Source: Stellaceae bacterium (GTDB lineage: Bacteria; Pseudomonadota; Alphaproteobacteria; ATCC43930; CGMCC-115725). Taken from it: a DNA stretch of 33,921 bases. Under the pieces are notes generated by a model. That model was not told the DNA's origin, did no database searches, and was given only the letters and a program-made list of their open reading frames with translations. This document shows positions 7,933-17,090 of the stretch, one piece after another; within the stretch, counting starts at the first letter, position 1, and the number at the start of each line of letters is the position of its first letter. A program made the translations under genes and the position numbers. The stretch covers positions 1 through 33,921 of the forward strand of contig DATMZZ010000099.1 of the NCBI GenBank assembly GCA_035573175.1. The letters are read 5' to 3'.

Positions 7933-10731
7933 TTAGCGGCCGAGGCTTTGCAGATACTGGCTCGCCTGCGCCTTGGTGTCGGCATTGGTGCCCTCATTCG
8001 CCAGCTTCGCGAGCATCTCGCGTGCCGGGCCCATCGCACCGGTGCGCGACAGCGCGACGGCGAGGTGGAACTGCACGGTCGGATCCTGCGGCATGGCATA
8101 GGCGGCGGCCTTGAGATAGGGCAGACCGCCTTTGGCATCGCCTTGCGCGACCATGACCCAGCCAAGCGTATCCTCGACCGCGGCCGACAGCGGCGCGAGC
8201 GCGTGTGCGCGATCGGCCATGGCGCGGGCTTTCACATTGCCTTGCTGGAGATAGACCCAGGCCAGATCGTTGAGCAGGACGACGTCGTTCGGCGATTGCG
8301 CAATCAGCTTCTCGAAATCGGCTTGCGCCGCCGGCCAGTCCTTCGCCTGCATATCGAGATCGGCGACCAGGCGGCGCGCATTGGCGTCGTTCGGGTGACC
8401 GGCGATCCACGTCTTCAGCAGCGCAGCCCCTTTCTTCGCGTCGCCATTGGCGGCGAGGATCATCGCATGCTGCATCACCAGCGCCGGCGAGGGATGCGCT
8501 TTTTCGGCATCCGCGAGGAGCGCCGCGGCATCCGCCGGCTTGCCCTCGCGCGCCAGCGCCGCCGAGACCCAGAGTGCCGCATTGCTCGGATCGTCATGCG
8601 GACCGAGCATCGCCTTCGCCGCGGCTTGCGCCGCGTGCAGCCCGCCGATCTTGTATTCGACCTCGATCTCTTCGCTCTTCAATCCGATATTGGTGGGTTC
8701 GAGCTGGATCGCGCGCTGCAGACTCTGCTTGGCGCCTTTGACGTCGTTGGCGGCGACCTGCGCCGCGGCATAGCGCTCGAACAGGAGCGCCATATTGGTG
8801 CCGATCTCGGTGGCGCGGCGGTAATTGGCGACCGCGCCGGCGCTGTCGCCAGTCGCGATCTGGATGCGCGCCATCAGATCGAGCACATCGAGATTGTTCG
8901 GGAATTGCTGGACCAGGCCGCGCATCACGGTGAGCGCGTTGTTCCAATCCTTCTGCCCCGCATAGAGATTGGCGAGGCGCAGCGGCGGCAGCGGGTCCTT
9001 CGGCGTCGCAGCCGTGGCCTTCTTCAGCCAATCGACGGCGCCCGCGGTATCGTGCCGCGACATCGCGATATTGGAGAGCGCCATCATGCTCGCCGTATCG
9101 CCCGGATTACGCTGGATAAGATCGCGATAGACGGTGGTCGCATCCTCGGTCCGGCCTTCGGCAAGATAGACCTCGGCGAGGTTGTGGCCGGCGATCGCGA
9201 AATCCGGGTGCGCGCGGTAGACGCCGTAGAAAATCTGCTCCGCATCGGTGAATTTGCTCTGGGCAACGCGCGTGAGGCCGAGAAGGTTTTGCGCCACCAC
9301 GTTGTTGGGATCGGTCTTCACATAGGCTTCGGCCGCAGCCGCCGCTTCGCCGACGCGCTTCGCGCGGAGATCGGCGACGATCAGCGACGGGCCGGCGACC
9401 TGCTGGCCGCCCGCCTGCTTGAATACCTGCTCGAGTTGCTGGATCGCGAGATCGGTCTGGCCGGCGGCATAACGTGTCGAGGCGAGCTCGGTCTCGAAAT
9501 TCGGATCGTTCGATTGCTGCGCGCTGGCATGGGTGAGCGCTTCCGACGCCTTGTCGCTCTTGCCGAGGGCAAGATAGGCATTCGCCAGCAACACCCAAGC
9601 CTCATTGTCATTCGGCGACGCCTTGACCAGCGGCTCGAGATATTGGACGGCGCGCGCCGGCGCTTTCTGGCGGATCGCGATCTGCGCCACCATGCGCGTC
9701 GCCATCGCGTTGTTCGGTGCGCGGCCGAGAAATTTGCTGAGGCTGTCTTCGGCTTCCGAGAACCGGCCTTGCGCGAATTGGATGTCGCCAAGAAGGAGAT
9801 AGCCGGCGGGGAAATTGACGAAGCGCGAGGTGAATTTCTGCAGCCGCGCATTCGCCTGATCGAGCTTGCCCTGGCGCGCATCGATCAGCGCCTGCAGGTA
9901 GTTCGACTGGAAGTCGTCCGGCAGGTCGGTGAGGATGGCGCGGATTTCCTGGCTCGCAACATCGAGCTGGTTCTTGGCGACGAGCAGATTCACGCGATCG
10001 AGCCGCGCCGTCATGTTCTGCGGCTCGCGGCTCAGCACGTCGTTCACATAAGCGAGCGAGCCGTCGACATCCGCGCGCGTGCGCAGCAGATCGGCTTTGG
10101 CGATCTCGGCATGGCTGTCGCGCGGCGCGATCTGCAACGCCTGATCGATCTGCTGCTCGCCTTCGGCGGCCTTGCCTTGCGACAGCAGCAGCCGCGCCAT
10201 GCCGAGCTTGGCGCCGACCGACTTCGGATCGAGACGCACAGCGTCGCGCATCAGCGGCTCGGCCTGGGCGAGCTGATGCATGCTCAAATAAGCATGGCCG
10301 CGATAGAGCCGTACCAGCGATTCTTCCGGCGCGGGACGCGAGCCCGCCGGCACGTCGCGCAGGAGCGCCTCGTATTTGCCGGACCGCAGCAGCACTTCGG
10401 CCAGCACCGGCGCGACCTTCGCTTCGTTGCCGCCGCGCTGCAACGCGGTGCGCGCCTCGGCCTCGGCCGAGGGCATGTTGGCGAGCATCAGATAGATCTT
10501 CGCCAGTTCGAGATGGATATCGGCGTTGTTCGGCGCGAGACGCGCGGCGTTGCGCAGCTCGATCGAGGCACCGCGGATGTCGCCCTTGCTCATCAGCGCT
10601 TGTGCGCTTTTGAGGTAGGAATCGGCGTCATCCGCCCACGCGGTGGAGAGCGCAACCGGCGCGGCCGCCAGCATCAGAGAGAGCGCCAAAGCGCGCGGCC
10701 AACCTTTGTTGCGAGTGATCATGATCGTCAT
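7933..10731 (-). CDS. prsT: PEP-CTERM system TPR-repeat protein PrsT
   Basis: 932 aa with a signal peptide (ALALSLMLAAAPVALSTAWA-DD; no lipobox Cys) and TPR repeats throughout. It sits immediately downstream of prsK-prsR. Family name (TIGR02917) is from memory. An alternative start at ATG 10722 has better SD spacing. Confidence 0.85.
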   Translation of the reverse strand: MTIMITRNKGWPRALALSLMLAAAPVALSTAWADDADSYLKSAQALMSKGDIRGASIELRNAARLAPNNADIHLELAKIYLMLANMPSAEAEARTALQRGGNEAKVAPVLAEVLLRSGKYEALLRDVPAGSRPAPEESLVRLYRGHAYLSMHQLAQAEPLMRDAVRLDPKSVGAKLGMARLLLSQGKAAEGEQQIDQALQIAPRDSHAEIAKADLLRTRADVDGSLAYVNDVLSREPQNMTARLDRVNLLVAKNQLDVASQEIRAILTDLPDDFQSNYLQALIDARQGKLDQANARLQKFTSRFVNFPAGYLLLGDIQFAQGRFSEAEDSLSKFLGRAPNNAMATRMVAQIAIRQKAPARAVQYLEPLVKASPNDNEAWVLLANAYLALGKSDKASEALTHASAQQSNDPNFETELASTRYAAGQTDLAIQQLEQVFKQAGGQQVAGPSLIVADLRAKRVGEAAAAAEAYVKTDPNNVVAQNLLGLTRVAQSKFTDAEQIFYGVYRAHPDFAIAGHNLAEVYLAEGRTEDATTVYRDLIQRNPGDTASMMALSNIAMSRHDTAGAVDWLKKATAATPKDPLPPLRLANLYAGQKDWNNALTVMRGLVQQFPNNLDVLDLMARIQIATGDSAGAVANYRRATEIGTNMALLFERYAAAQVAANDVKGAKQSLQRAIQLEPTNIGLKSEEIEVEYKIGGLHAAQAAAKAMLGPHDDPSNAALWVSAALAREGKPADAAALLADAEKAHPSPALVMQHAMILAANGDAKKGAALLKTWIAGHPNDANARRLVADLDMQAKDWPAAQADFEKLIAQSPNDVVLLNDLAWVYLQQGNVKARAMADRAHALAPLSAAVEDTLGWVMVAQGDAKGGLPYLKAAAYAMPQDPTVQFHLAVALSRTGAMGPAREMLAKLANEGTNADTKAQASQYLQSLGR

Positions 10732-10760
10732 CCTTGTCCGGTACTACGGGCGCAAAATCG

Positions 10761-12122
10761 TTACGACGCGACGTCGAGGCCGAGGCCTTCGAGCAGGCCG
10801 TAGAGCGTCGGCCGGCTGATGCCGAGGAGCTTCGAGGCGCGCGAGAGATTGCCATTGGTCTGGGCGAGCGCCATCTGCACGACGCCGCGCTCGGCCCGGG
10901 CCCGCGCCTCGCGCAGATCGAGCGAGCCATTCGGCAGCTCGGCCGCGGCGAGCTCGAGATCGGCAGCCGAGATCGACTGACCGTCCGCCATCACCACCGC
11001 GCGCTTCACGCGGTTCTCCAGCTCGCGGACATTGCCGCGCCAGGGATGGGTCGCGATCGCCGCCAGCGCGTCGGAGCCGAAACCCTTGAGCTTGCGGGCG
11101 AACTGGCCGTTGAACTTCTTGAGGAAGTAGGTCGCGAGCAGGATCGGATCGCCTTCGCGCTCGCGCAGCGGCGGTATCACCATCCGCACCTCGTTGAGGC
11201 GGTAATAAAGATCCTCGCGGAACTTACCGCTCGCCATGAACTCGTCGAGATTCTGATTGGTGGCGCAGACGATGCGCACATCTACCTGGATCGGGCGATG
11301 ACCGCCGATACGCTCGACCACCTGATCCTGGAGGAAGCGCAGGAGCTTCACCTGCATCGGCAGCGGGACATCGCCGATTTCGTCGAGGAACAGCGTGCCG
11401 CCATTGGCGCTCTCGATCTTGCCGATGGTCTGCTTCACCGCGCCGGTGAAGGCGCCCTTCTCATGACCGAAGAGCTCGCTTTCCAGCAGCGTCTCGGGGA
11501 TCGCGGCGCAATTGATCGCAACGAACGGCTTCTTGGCGCGCGGGCTCAGGCGATGGATCGCTTGTGCCAGCACCTCTTTGCCAGTGCCGCTCTCGCCGAG
11601 CAGGAGCACGGCGACATCGGTCGGCGCGATCTTCTCGATCGTGCGCAGCGCGCGGGACATTTGCGGGCTGGCCGCGACGACACCGTCGATCGGCGACCGC
11701 GGCGCTAGTTCGAGCAGCCGCCGATTCTCGCCTTCGAGATCGGCCACCCGCGCGGCGCGTTCGATCATATGGCGCAGCAGATCGGCGTCGACCGGCTTCT
11801 GACAGAAATCGTAGGCGCCGAGGGCGATCGCGCGCAGCGCCGCTTCGTGATTCTCCTGGCCCGTCGCGACGATGACCTTGGTCTCGGGCGCCGTGGCGAG
11901 AATCGCCTCGAGCGTGATCATGCCCTCGCGCACCGTGTCGGGCTCGGGCGGCAGGCCGAGATCGAGGATCACGACCGGCGGCCGCACGCGGCGGAATTCG
12001 GCGATCGCATTCTCGCGATTGCTGGCGACCGTGACCTCGCAATCGGCGAGCGCCCAGCGATATTGGCGGATGAGGCCTTCATCATCCTCGACCAGAAGAA
12101 TGCTGAGTTTCGTGTCTTTCAT
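10761..12122 (-). CDS. prsR: PEP-CTERM-box sigma-54-dependent response regulator PrsR
   Basis: ORF 10761..12161(-). Start at ATG 12122 (MKDTKLSILLVEDDEG). Receiver domain (VVILDLGLPP), AAA+ Walker A GESGTGKE, the sigma-54 contact motif GAFTGA, and a C-terminal Fis-type HTH (LSRASKLLGISRPTLYGLL). Confidence 0.9.
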   Translation of the reverse strand: MKDTKLSILLVEDDEGLIRQYRWALADCEVTVASNRENAIAEFRRVRPPVVILDLGLPPEPDTVREGMITLEAILATAPETKVIVATGQENHEAALRAIALGAYDFCQKPVDADLLRHMIERAARVADLEGENRRLLELAPRSPIDGVVAASPQMSRALRTIEKIAPTDVAVLLLGESGTGKEVLAQAIHRLSPRAKKPFVAINCAAIPETLLESELFGHEKGAFTGAVKQTIGKIESANGGTLFLDEIGDVPLPMQVKLLRFLQDQVVERIGGHRPIQVDVRIVCATNQNLDEFMASGKFREDLYYRLNEVRMVIPPLREREGDPILLATYFLKKFNGQFARKLKGFGSDALAAIATHPWRGNVRELENRVKRAVVMADGQSISAADLELAAAELPNGSLDLREARARAERGVVQMALAQTNGNLSRASKLLGISRPTLYGLLEGLGLDVAS

Positions 12123-12126
12123 GGTC

Positions 12127-14184
12127 CTAAGCCGCCGTGGAGACGGCCCCTTCCTTCGCAAGCGGGAGTATGATTCGCATGGTCGTGCCGGCGCCGGGGG
12201 CGCTGATCACGTCGAGATCACCGCCCGCCATGCGCAACAATTCGCGCGTCTGGTAGGCGCCTATGCCGTAGCCTTCTGCCTTGGTCGAGCGGAACGGCCG
12301 GAACAACTGGCCGTGAATGAAATCGATATCCATGCCGGCACCTTGGTCGGCGATGTCGATGAGGAGCTTGCCGTCGCGGCAGCGCAGGCCGAGCAGGATG
12401 CTCGCGCCCGCGGGCGAGGCTTCGATCGCATTGTCGAGCAGCAGCTTTACGACCGAGGTGAGTTGCACCTCTGCCATCGTGACGGAAGCGTTGTTGACCT
12501 CGAAAGCGCACTGGATGCGCGCGAGACCAGCGCCGCGTTCTTCAAGCATGCGCCGTAGGACGGGAACCGCGTCGATCGTCGCGATTACCAGTTTACCGGC
12601 GGTTTCGCGGACCTGATTGGCACGAAGCTGCGCCAGGAGGTCGTTCATCCGCGTGACCGAATGGCGAATGGTTTCGAAAGCATCGGCGCGGAAAGCCGGA
12701 TCGTCGCCATGACGCTCGGCATTGACCGTCACCATGCGCAGCTGCGCGGCGAGATTCTTGATGTCATGCGCGACGAAGGCGAAACGCTTGGCGTAATCCT
12801 GCAGCCGGGATGAATCCTGAAGCTGCTGGCCGAGGCGTTCTTCGGCGATATAGCTGGCGGCTTGTCGGCCGAGGGCGCGCAGCAGCTCGAAGCTTTCCCA
12901 ATTGAGCTCGACCGGCGCACGCGATGGCGACAGGGTGATGAAGCCGATGAGCTGGTTCTGCGCCGCGAGCGGCACCGCGAGCCAACATTCGCCGAAAGCG
13001 GCATAGGCACGGCCGCGATGGAATTCCTGAATCCAGCGCCCGCCGCGGAAACCCTTGACGAAAGCGCTGTCGGCCGACTCGCTCGCATCGCTGGCGAGGC
13101 GCATGTTCCAGACCGAGACCGGCACGAAATCGCCGTGGCTGCGCGCGCCGTCGCGCAGCCAGAGCGCGCCGCCCTGAGCCTCGACGACATTGGCGATGCC
13201 TTCGATCGCGCGATGCTTCAGATCCTCGCCGGCGCCGCGGGCCGAGAGCATGTCGATGAAACTCATCCACTCGACGCGGTAGTCGTAACGCTGGGCGAAG
13301 AAATTGCGGGCGATGAGATATTTGAGCCGCGCCTTGATGCTGCCCGAGGAGACGATCGAGGCGAGCACGAGAATGCTGCCGAAGAGCGCCGCGACCTGCA
13401 CGACCTTGCCCCAATCCTCGCCCCAATCGCGCAGCAGGCCGGCAACAGTGACGATGGCGAGCAGGAACACGCCGGATGCCACGAGGGTCAGGCTGTGCAG
13501 CACCACGCTTTGCGAGAGATGGAGCTCGACCTTCCAGCCGCGGTTGCGCATCAAGGTCAGCGCGAGGAACGGCGCGACCAGGCAGGCTACCGCTGGACAT
13601 GCGGTGGTGAAGAGATCACTCACCCAGCCGAAGAGCAGCGCGTCCGAATAGAGGAAAAGCTGATAGGCGAAGAGCCCGCCGAGCGCGATGCAAAGCGGCA
13701 CGACGTTCCATTGCCGCCGCGCCGAGGTATTGCGGAAGAGGTTCTCGACCAGCAGCAGGCCGAAGATCGCGAGTGCTTCGCGGCCGATGATCTGCGCCTC
13801 GGCGAGCGCGCCCGGACCGTTGCTCAGGGCGGAGAGGATATCGTTCCACAGCACGCCGCAGCCGACCACCGCGGGCACTGTGAGCATCACGAAGCGCAGC
13901 CGCGGATCGAAACGCGTGTTGACGGTCGGCGCGATGAGCAGCGAGAGAAAAATGGTCCAAACCGTCAGCGGCGCGACTTCGAGCGCCGGCCGCGCCGCCG
14001 CCAGCACGGCGCCGCCCGCAAAGATGGCGACCGCCCACACCGCCGTCAGCCCGCAAGCCAGGGCGGCGAGCGCGGTTTCGCGGCTCCACGGCCGACGCGC
14101 CAGCGTCAGCGCGAGCAGCCCGGCGTAGAGGACCGCACAGAAAAGGGCAGAAACGCCTGCCGCCGTCATGGACTTAACGAGCAC
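12127..14184 (-). CDS. prsK: PEP-CTERM system histidine kinase PrsK
   Basis: 685 aa: a polytopic N-terminus, a GAF-like middle, H-box FVAHDIKNLAAQL, and ATPase boxes LLDNAIEA, DQGAGM, GYGIGAYQ. An alternative start lies at 14169. Confidence 0.85.
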   Translation of the reverse strand: MLVKSMTAAGVSALFCAVLYAGLLALTLARRPWSRETALAALACGLTAVWAVAIFAGGAVLAAARPALEVAPLTVWTIFLSLLIAPTVNTRFDPRLRFVMLTVPAVVGCGVLWNDILSALSNGPGALAEAQIIGREALAIFGLLLVENLFRNTSARRQWNVVPLCIALGGLFAYQLFLYSDALLFGWVSDLFTTACPAVACLVAPFLALTLMRNRGWKVELHLSQSVVLHSLTLVASGVFLLAIVTVAGLLRDWGEDWGKVVQVAALFGSILVLASIVSSGSIKARLKYLIARNFFAQRYDYRVEWMSFIDMLSARGAGEDLKHRAIEGIANVVEAQGGALWLRDGARSHGDFVPVSVWNMRLASDASESADSAFVKGFRGGRWIQEFHRGRAYAAFGECWLAVPLAAQNQLIGFITLSPSRAPVELNWESFELLRALGRQAASYIAEERLGQQLQDSSRLQDYAKRFAFVAHDIKNLAAQLRMVTVNAERHGDDPAFRADAFETIRHSVTRMNDLLAQLRANQVRETAGKLVIATIDAVPVLRRMLEERGAGLARIQCAFEVNNASVTMAEVQLTSVVKLLLDNAIEASPAGASILLGLRCRDGKLLIDIADQGAGMDIDFIHGQLFRPFRSTKAEGYGIGAYQTRELLRMAGGDLDVISAPGAGTTMRIILPLAKEGAVSTAA

Positions 14185-15586
14185 CTTCGCTGAAGAGGAT
14201 CACGCGCACCGTGTGCACCAGGATCACGAGATCGAGGAAAACCGTGCGGTTCTTCACGTAATAGAGGTCGTAGGCCAGCTTCTGCTTGGCGTCTTCGATC
14301 GACGCGCCATAGGGATAATTGACCTGCGCCCAGCCGGTGATGCCCGGCTTTACCGAATGACGCTCGCCATAGAAGGGGATCGCCTTGGCGAGTTGGTCGA
14401 CGAAGAACGGACGCTCTGGCCGCGGCCCGACGAAGCTCATATCGCCGCGCAGCACGTTGAAGAGCTGCGGCAGCTCGTCGATACGGAATTTACGGATGAT
14501 GTTGCCGACGCGGGTGACGCGGGAATCGCCATTCGCGGCCCAGCGGATCCCGTCGCGCTCGGCATCGTCGCGCATGGAGCGAAATTTCAAAATGTTGAAG
14601 CTCTTACCGCCGAAACCGACGCGCTCCTGGCGATAGAGCGCCGGGCCGGGGCTTTCGAGGCGCACGGCGATCGCCGTGATCGCCATCACCGGTAGCGCGC
14701 AGATCAGCAGGCCGAGCGAGACGAGGACATCGAACGCCCGCTTCACCGCATTGTTGAACGGGCTGACGCGGAAGCCGTCCGAATAGATCAGCCAGCTCGG
14801 CTGCAGCGCCTCGATATCGATGCGGCTGTTCTCGCGCTCCCAGAAAGTCTGATAGTCGACGACGTTGATGCCTTCGATCTTGCAATGAAGAAGCTGACCG
14901 ACCGGCATGCCACGGCGCTCATCGGTCGCGACGACGATTTCGCGAGCGCCGATTTCATGCGCATAGCGGGCGAGCGCCCGGTCGTCCTCGATGCGATCGA
15001 GATCGAGCGGCCCGCCCATGACGAGGCGGAGATCGCCGCAAGCATGGACGAAGGCCTTCGGTACGAAATAGCGGTTGCGGCCGCGATCGACGAGCTCGGC
15101 GATGCGGGCGGCACGAACGCCGGTGCCGACCACGACGACACTGCGGCGGAAAAGATCGGAATTGGAGACTCTGAGGAAGCCGACGCGCGTGGCGAGCACG
15201 CAGGTCATCCAGACGAACGTCGCCTTGAGGAAGAGCAGCGACCAGCTCGCGCCCGGCGCCGCGTTCATTGCCTTGTCGAATATCAGCGCGACCAGCGCCG
15301 CCGCTGGCGCGACCAGGGTCACCGCCATCAGGATCTTGATGGCCATGACGCGGGAATCGAGGAAGACGTCGTAATTGTAGAGCCCGACCGCGGTCATCGA
15401 GAGACCGGCCAGGATCGACAGCCCTAAGGAAAATTGCGCCTGCGCGATGTGCAGCCCGGCATGGAGGAGTTCCTGCGGGAAGACGGGGGGCGCGATGAAA
15501 TAAAGCGCCCCTGCCACCAGCAGGACTTCGGCCGCACCCAGCAACACCGCCGGAACCGGAATGAAATGTCCGAAAATTCGCAACAT
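14174..15586 (-). CDS. EpsB-type priming sugar transferase (undecaprenyl-phosphate hexose-1-phosphate transferase, PEP-CTERM-locus type)
   Basis: ORF 14174..15670(-). Start at ATG 15586 (MLRIFGHFIP). N-terminal TM helices, then a C-terminal bacterial sugar transferase domain: ESPGPALYRQERVGFGGKSFNILKFRSM...DELPQLFNVLRGDMSFVGPRP. Confidence 0.85.
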   Translation of the reverse strand: MLRIFGHFIPVPAVLLGAAEVLLVAGALYFIAPPVFPQELLHAGLHIAQAQFSLGLSILAGLSMTAVGLYNYDVFLDSRVMAIKILMAVTLVAPAAALVALIFDKAMNAAPGASWSLLFLKATFVWMTCVLATRVGFLRVSNSDLFRRSVVVVGTGVRAARIAELVDRGRNRYFVPKAFVHACGDLRLVMGGPLDLDRIEDDRALARYAHEIGAREIVVATDERRGMPVGQLLHCKIEGINVVDYQTFWERENSRIDIEALQPSWLIYSDGFRVSPFNNAVKRAFDVLVSLGLLICALPVMAITAIAVRLESPGPALYRQERVGFGGKSFNILKFRSMRDDAERDGIRWAANGDSRVTRVGNIIRKFRIDELPQLFNVLRGDMSFVGPRPERPFFVDQLAKAIPFYGERHSVKPGITGWAQVNYPYGASIEDAKQKLAYDLYYVKNRTVFLDLVILVHTVRVILFSEGAR

Positions 15587-15670
15587 TCGACCGCTACCCG
15601 AAACGAGCCCAAGGATTTCGCTGCTTACGCCGGGTGCAGAAAAGCGACGCCCCGCCACCCCGACTTGCAA

Positions 15671-15921
15671 ACGTGGCTATACCCTATGTCAAAGTAGTTT
15701 CCAAGTAACAAACCGTGCCCGTATAGGAAATAACCATATATTCCAGCGCTTAACCAAGAATATCGCTTAAATTTTTAGGAATTATGGTTAACGAATACTG
15801 AATTCGTTTACCGAATATTTAGTTAACATGGGCAGTAAGATTAATCCGCGGTTCACGCACGCCACCGCTTCGCGCCACTCGGCGCACGCGGTAGAGTTGA
15901 CGGAGGCCTTGGGAGGTATCG
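15671..15921. promoter_or_regulatory. AT-rich divergent intergenic control region with phased TAAC(C)...GAATAT repeats and a 6-bp inverted repeat
   Basis: Far more AT-rich than its surroundings. Motifs: TAACCATATAT (15731), TAACCAAGAATAT (15751), GGTTAACGAATAC (15786), GTTTACCGAATAT (15806) and AGTTAAC (15821), spaced roughly 20 bp apart. Inverted repeat ACGAAT-actga-ATTCGT at 15791-15807. Confidence 0.5.
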
Positions 15922-16971
15922 ATGGAATTCGGCTATTTCACGCTGAGCGACAACCACTATCTCGACAACTCGCGCAGCGCGAACCAGTTCGTCGAGGATA
16001 TTCTCGACGAGACGCTCTATGCCGACGAGCTCGGCTTCCACTCCGCCTGGATCGGCGAGCATCATTTCAGCTCGCTGGGCGTGCTCTCCTGCCCCGATCT
16101 GACGCTCGCCTATGCCGCGGCGCGCACCAAGAAGATCCGCCTCGCCCCGGCGGTGACGGTACTGCCGCTGCACCACCCGATCCGCGTCGCCGAGCAATGG
16201 GCGAGCCTCGATCTGCTCTCGGGCGGCCGCGTCGATTGGGCGGCCGGCCGTGGCTACGATTCGCGCGAATACTCGCCCTTCAACATCTCCTTCGCCGAGA
16301 ATCAGGCGATCTTCAACGAAGGCATGGAGGTGGTGAAGAAGCTCTGGGCCGGCACCGGCCCCGTCACCCACAAGGGCAAGTATTATTCCTTCGAGAACAT
16401 GACGATCACGCCGCAGCCGGTGCAGAAGCCGATTCCGGCCTATGTCGCGTCTTTCTCCAAGCCGTCGATCGAGCTCGCCGCGCGTCTCAATTGCGGCCTC
16501 GTGGTCGCACCCTTCGCCGCGGCGATGAGTTATGGCGGCCTCAAACAGGTGGCTGACCTATATAAGGAGACCTGCCTCGCCGCCGGCAACAAGCCCGGGC
16601 GGCTGATCTGCTCCTACTTCGCGCATTTCGCCGACAACAAGGAACAGGAGCAGGAGCAGCGCGCGCGGCAGATTCGCTATTACAAGGAATGCGTGATCCC
16701 CGCCTTCCCGAGCGATCCGAAGACCGCACCGCCCTCCTATCGCTATCTCGTCGAGATGACCGAGCGGCTGCACAAGGTGAAGGCCGAGGATTTGACCGAG
16801 AATTCCGTCCTGCTCGGCAGCAAGCAGCAGATCACCGACACCCTGAAGAAAGCCGAAGCCGCGGGTTTCGACGAGGTGATCCTCTATTTCAACGTCGGCC
16901 TGAAGCCGCACCAGCAGGTGAAGAACGAGATGCAGCGCTTCGCCGAAGAGGTCCGGCCGGCGTTCCGGTGA
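15922..16971 (+). CDS. LLM-class (luciferase-like) flavin-dependent oxidoreductase
   Basis: 349 aa with GGGAGG 6 nt upstream of the ATG. MEFGYFTL...ADELGFHSAWIGEHHFS...LLSGGRVDWAAGRGY is typical of bacterial luciferase-like monooxygenases. Confidence 0.85.
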   Translation: MEFGYFTLSDNHYLDNSRSANQFVEDILDETLYADELGFHSAWIGEHHFSSLGVLSCPDLTLAYAAARTKKIRLAPAVTVLPLHHPIRVAEQWASLDLLSGGRVDWAAGRGYDSREYSPFNISFAENQAIFNEGMEVVKKLWAGTGPVTHKGKYYSFENMTITPQPVQKPIPAYVASFSKPSIELAARLNCGLVVAPFAAAMSYGGLKQVADLYKETCLAAGNKPGRLICSYFAHFADNKEQEQEQRARQIRYYKECVIPAFPSDPKTAPPSYRYLVEMTERLHKVKAEDLTENSVLLGSKQQITDTLKKAEAAGFDEVILYFNVGLKPHQQVKNEMQRFAEEVRPAFR

Positions 16972-16985
16972 AACTTGTCTAGGTC

Positions 16986-17068
16986 GTCATTGCGAGCGAC
17001 CATCGGGAGCGAAGCAATCCAGAAGCCTCACGTGTGGCCCTGGATTGCTTCGCTTCGCTCGCAATGAC
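16986..17068. repeat. Palindromic intergenic repeat, family 1 (GTCATTGCGAG...GAAGCAATCCAG / CTGGATTGCTTCGC...CTCGCAATGAC), copy A
   Basis: The arms are reverse complements of each other. It lies between two convergent stops (LLM and the Hsp70-like gene). I recognise the motif as a REP-like element common in Rhizobiales genomes (from memory). Confidence 0.85.
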
Positions 17069-17090
17069 GATAGAAATAGGCTGGGCGCCG

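Noticed and set aside
7948-10803. 951-aa plus-strand ORF, the longest in the track
   Set aside because: It is antisense to prsT. Its product is Arg/Gly/Asp-rich low-complexity sequence with no recognisable domains, while the minus-strand frame gives a clean signal peptide and TPR repeats. It is a typical GC-rich shadow ORF.
15687-15703. Possible sigma-54 promoter on the minus strand (TGGAAACTACTTTGACA) upstream of the sugar-transferase/prsKRT operon
   Set aside because: The GG and TTG are at the right spacing, but the conserved C of the -12 GC is an A and the -24 box is TGGAAA rather than TGGCAC. That is too weak to call. The same TTGACA could equally be a sigma-70 -35 box.
15561-16556. ORFs 15561..15770(+) and 15828..16556(+) in or near the AT-rich spacer
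   Set aside because: The first overlaps the sugar-transferase 5' end and promoter-like AT-rich DNA. The second is out of frame with the well-supported LLM gene (15922-16971) and encodes Arg/Pro-rich nonsense.
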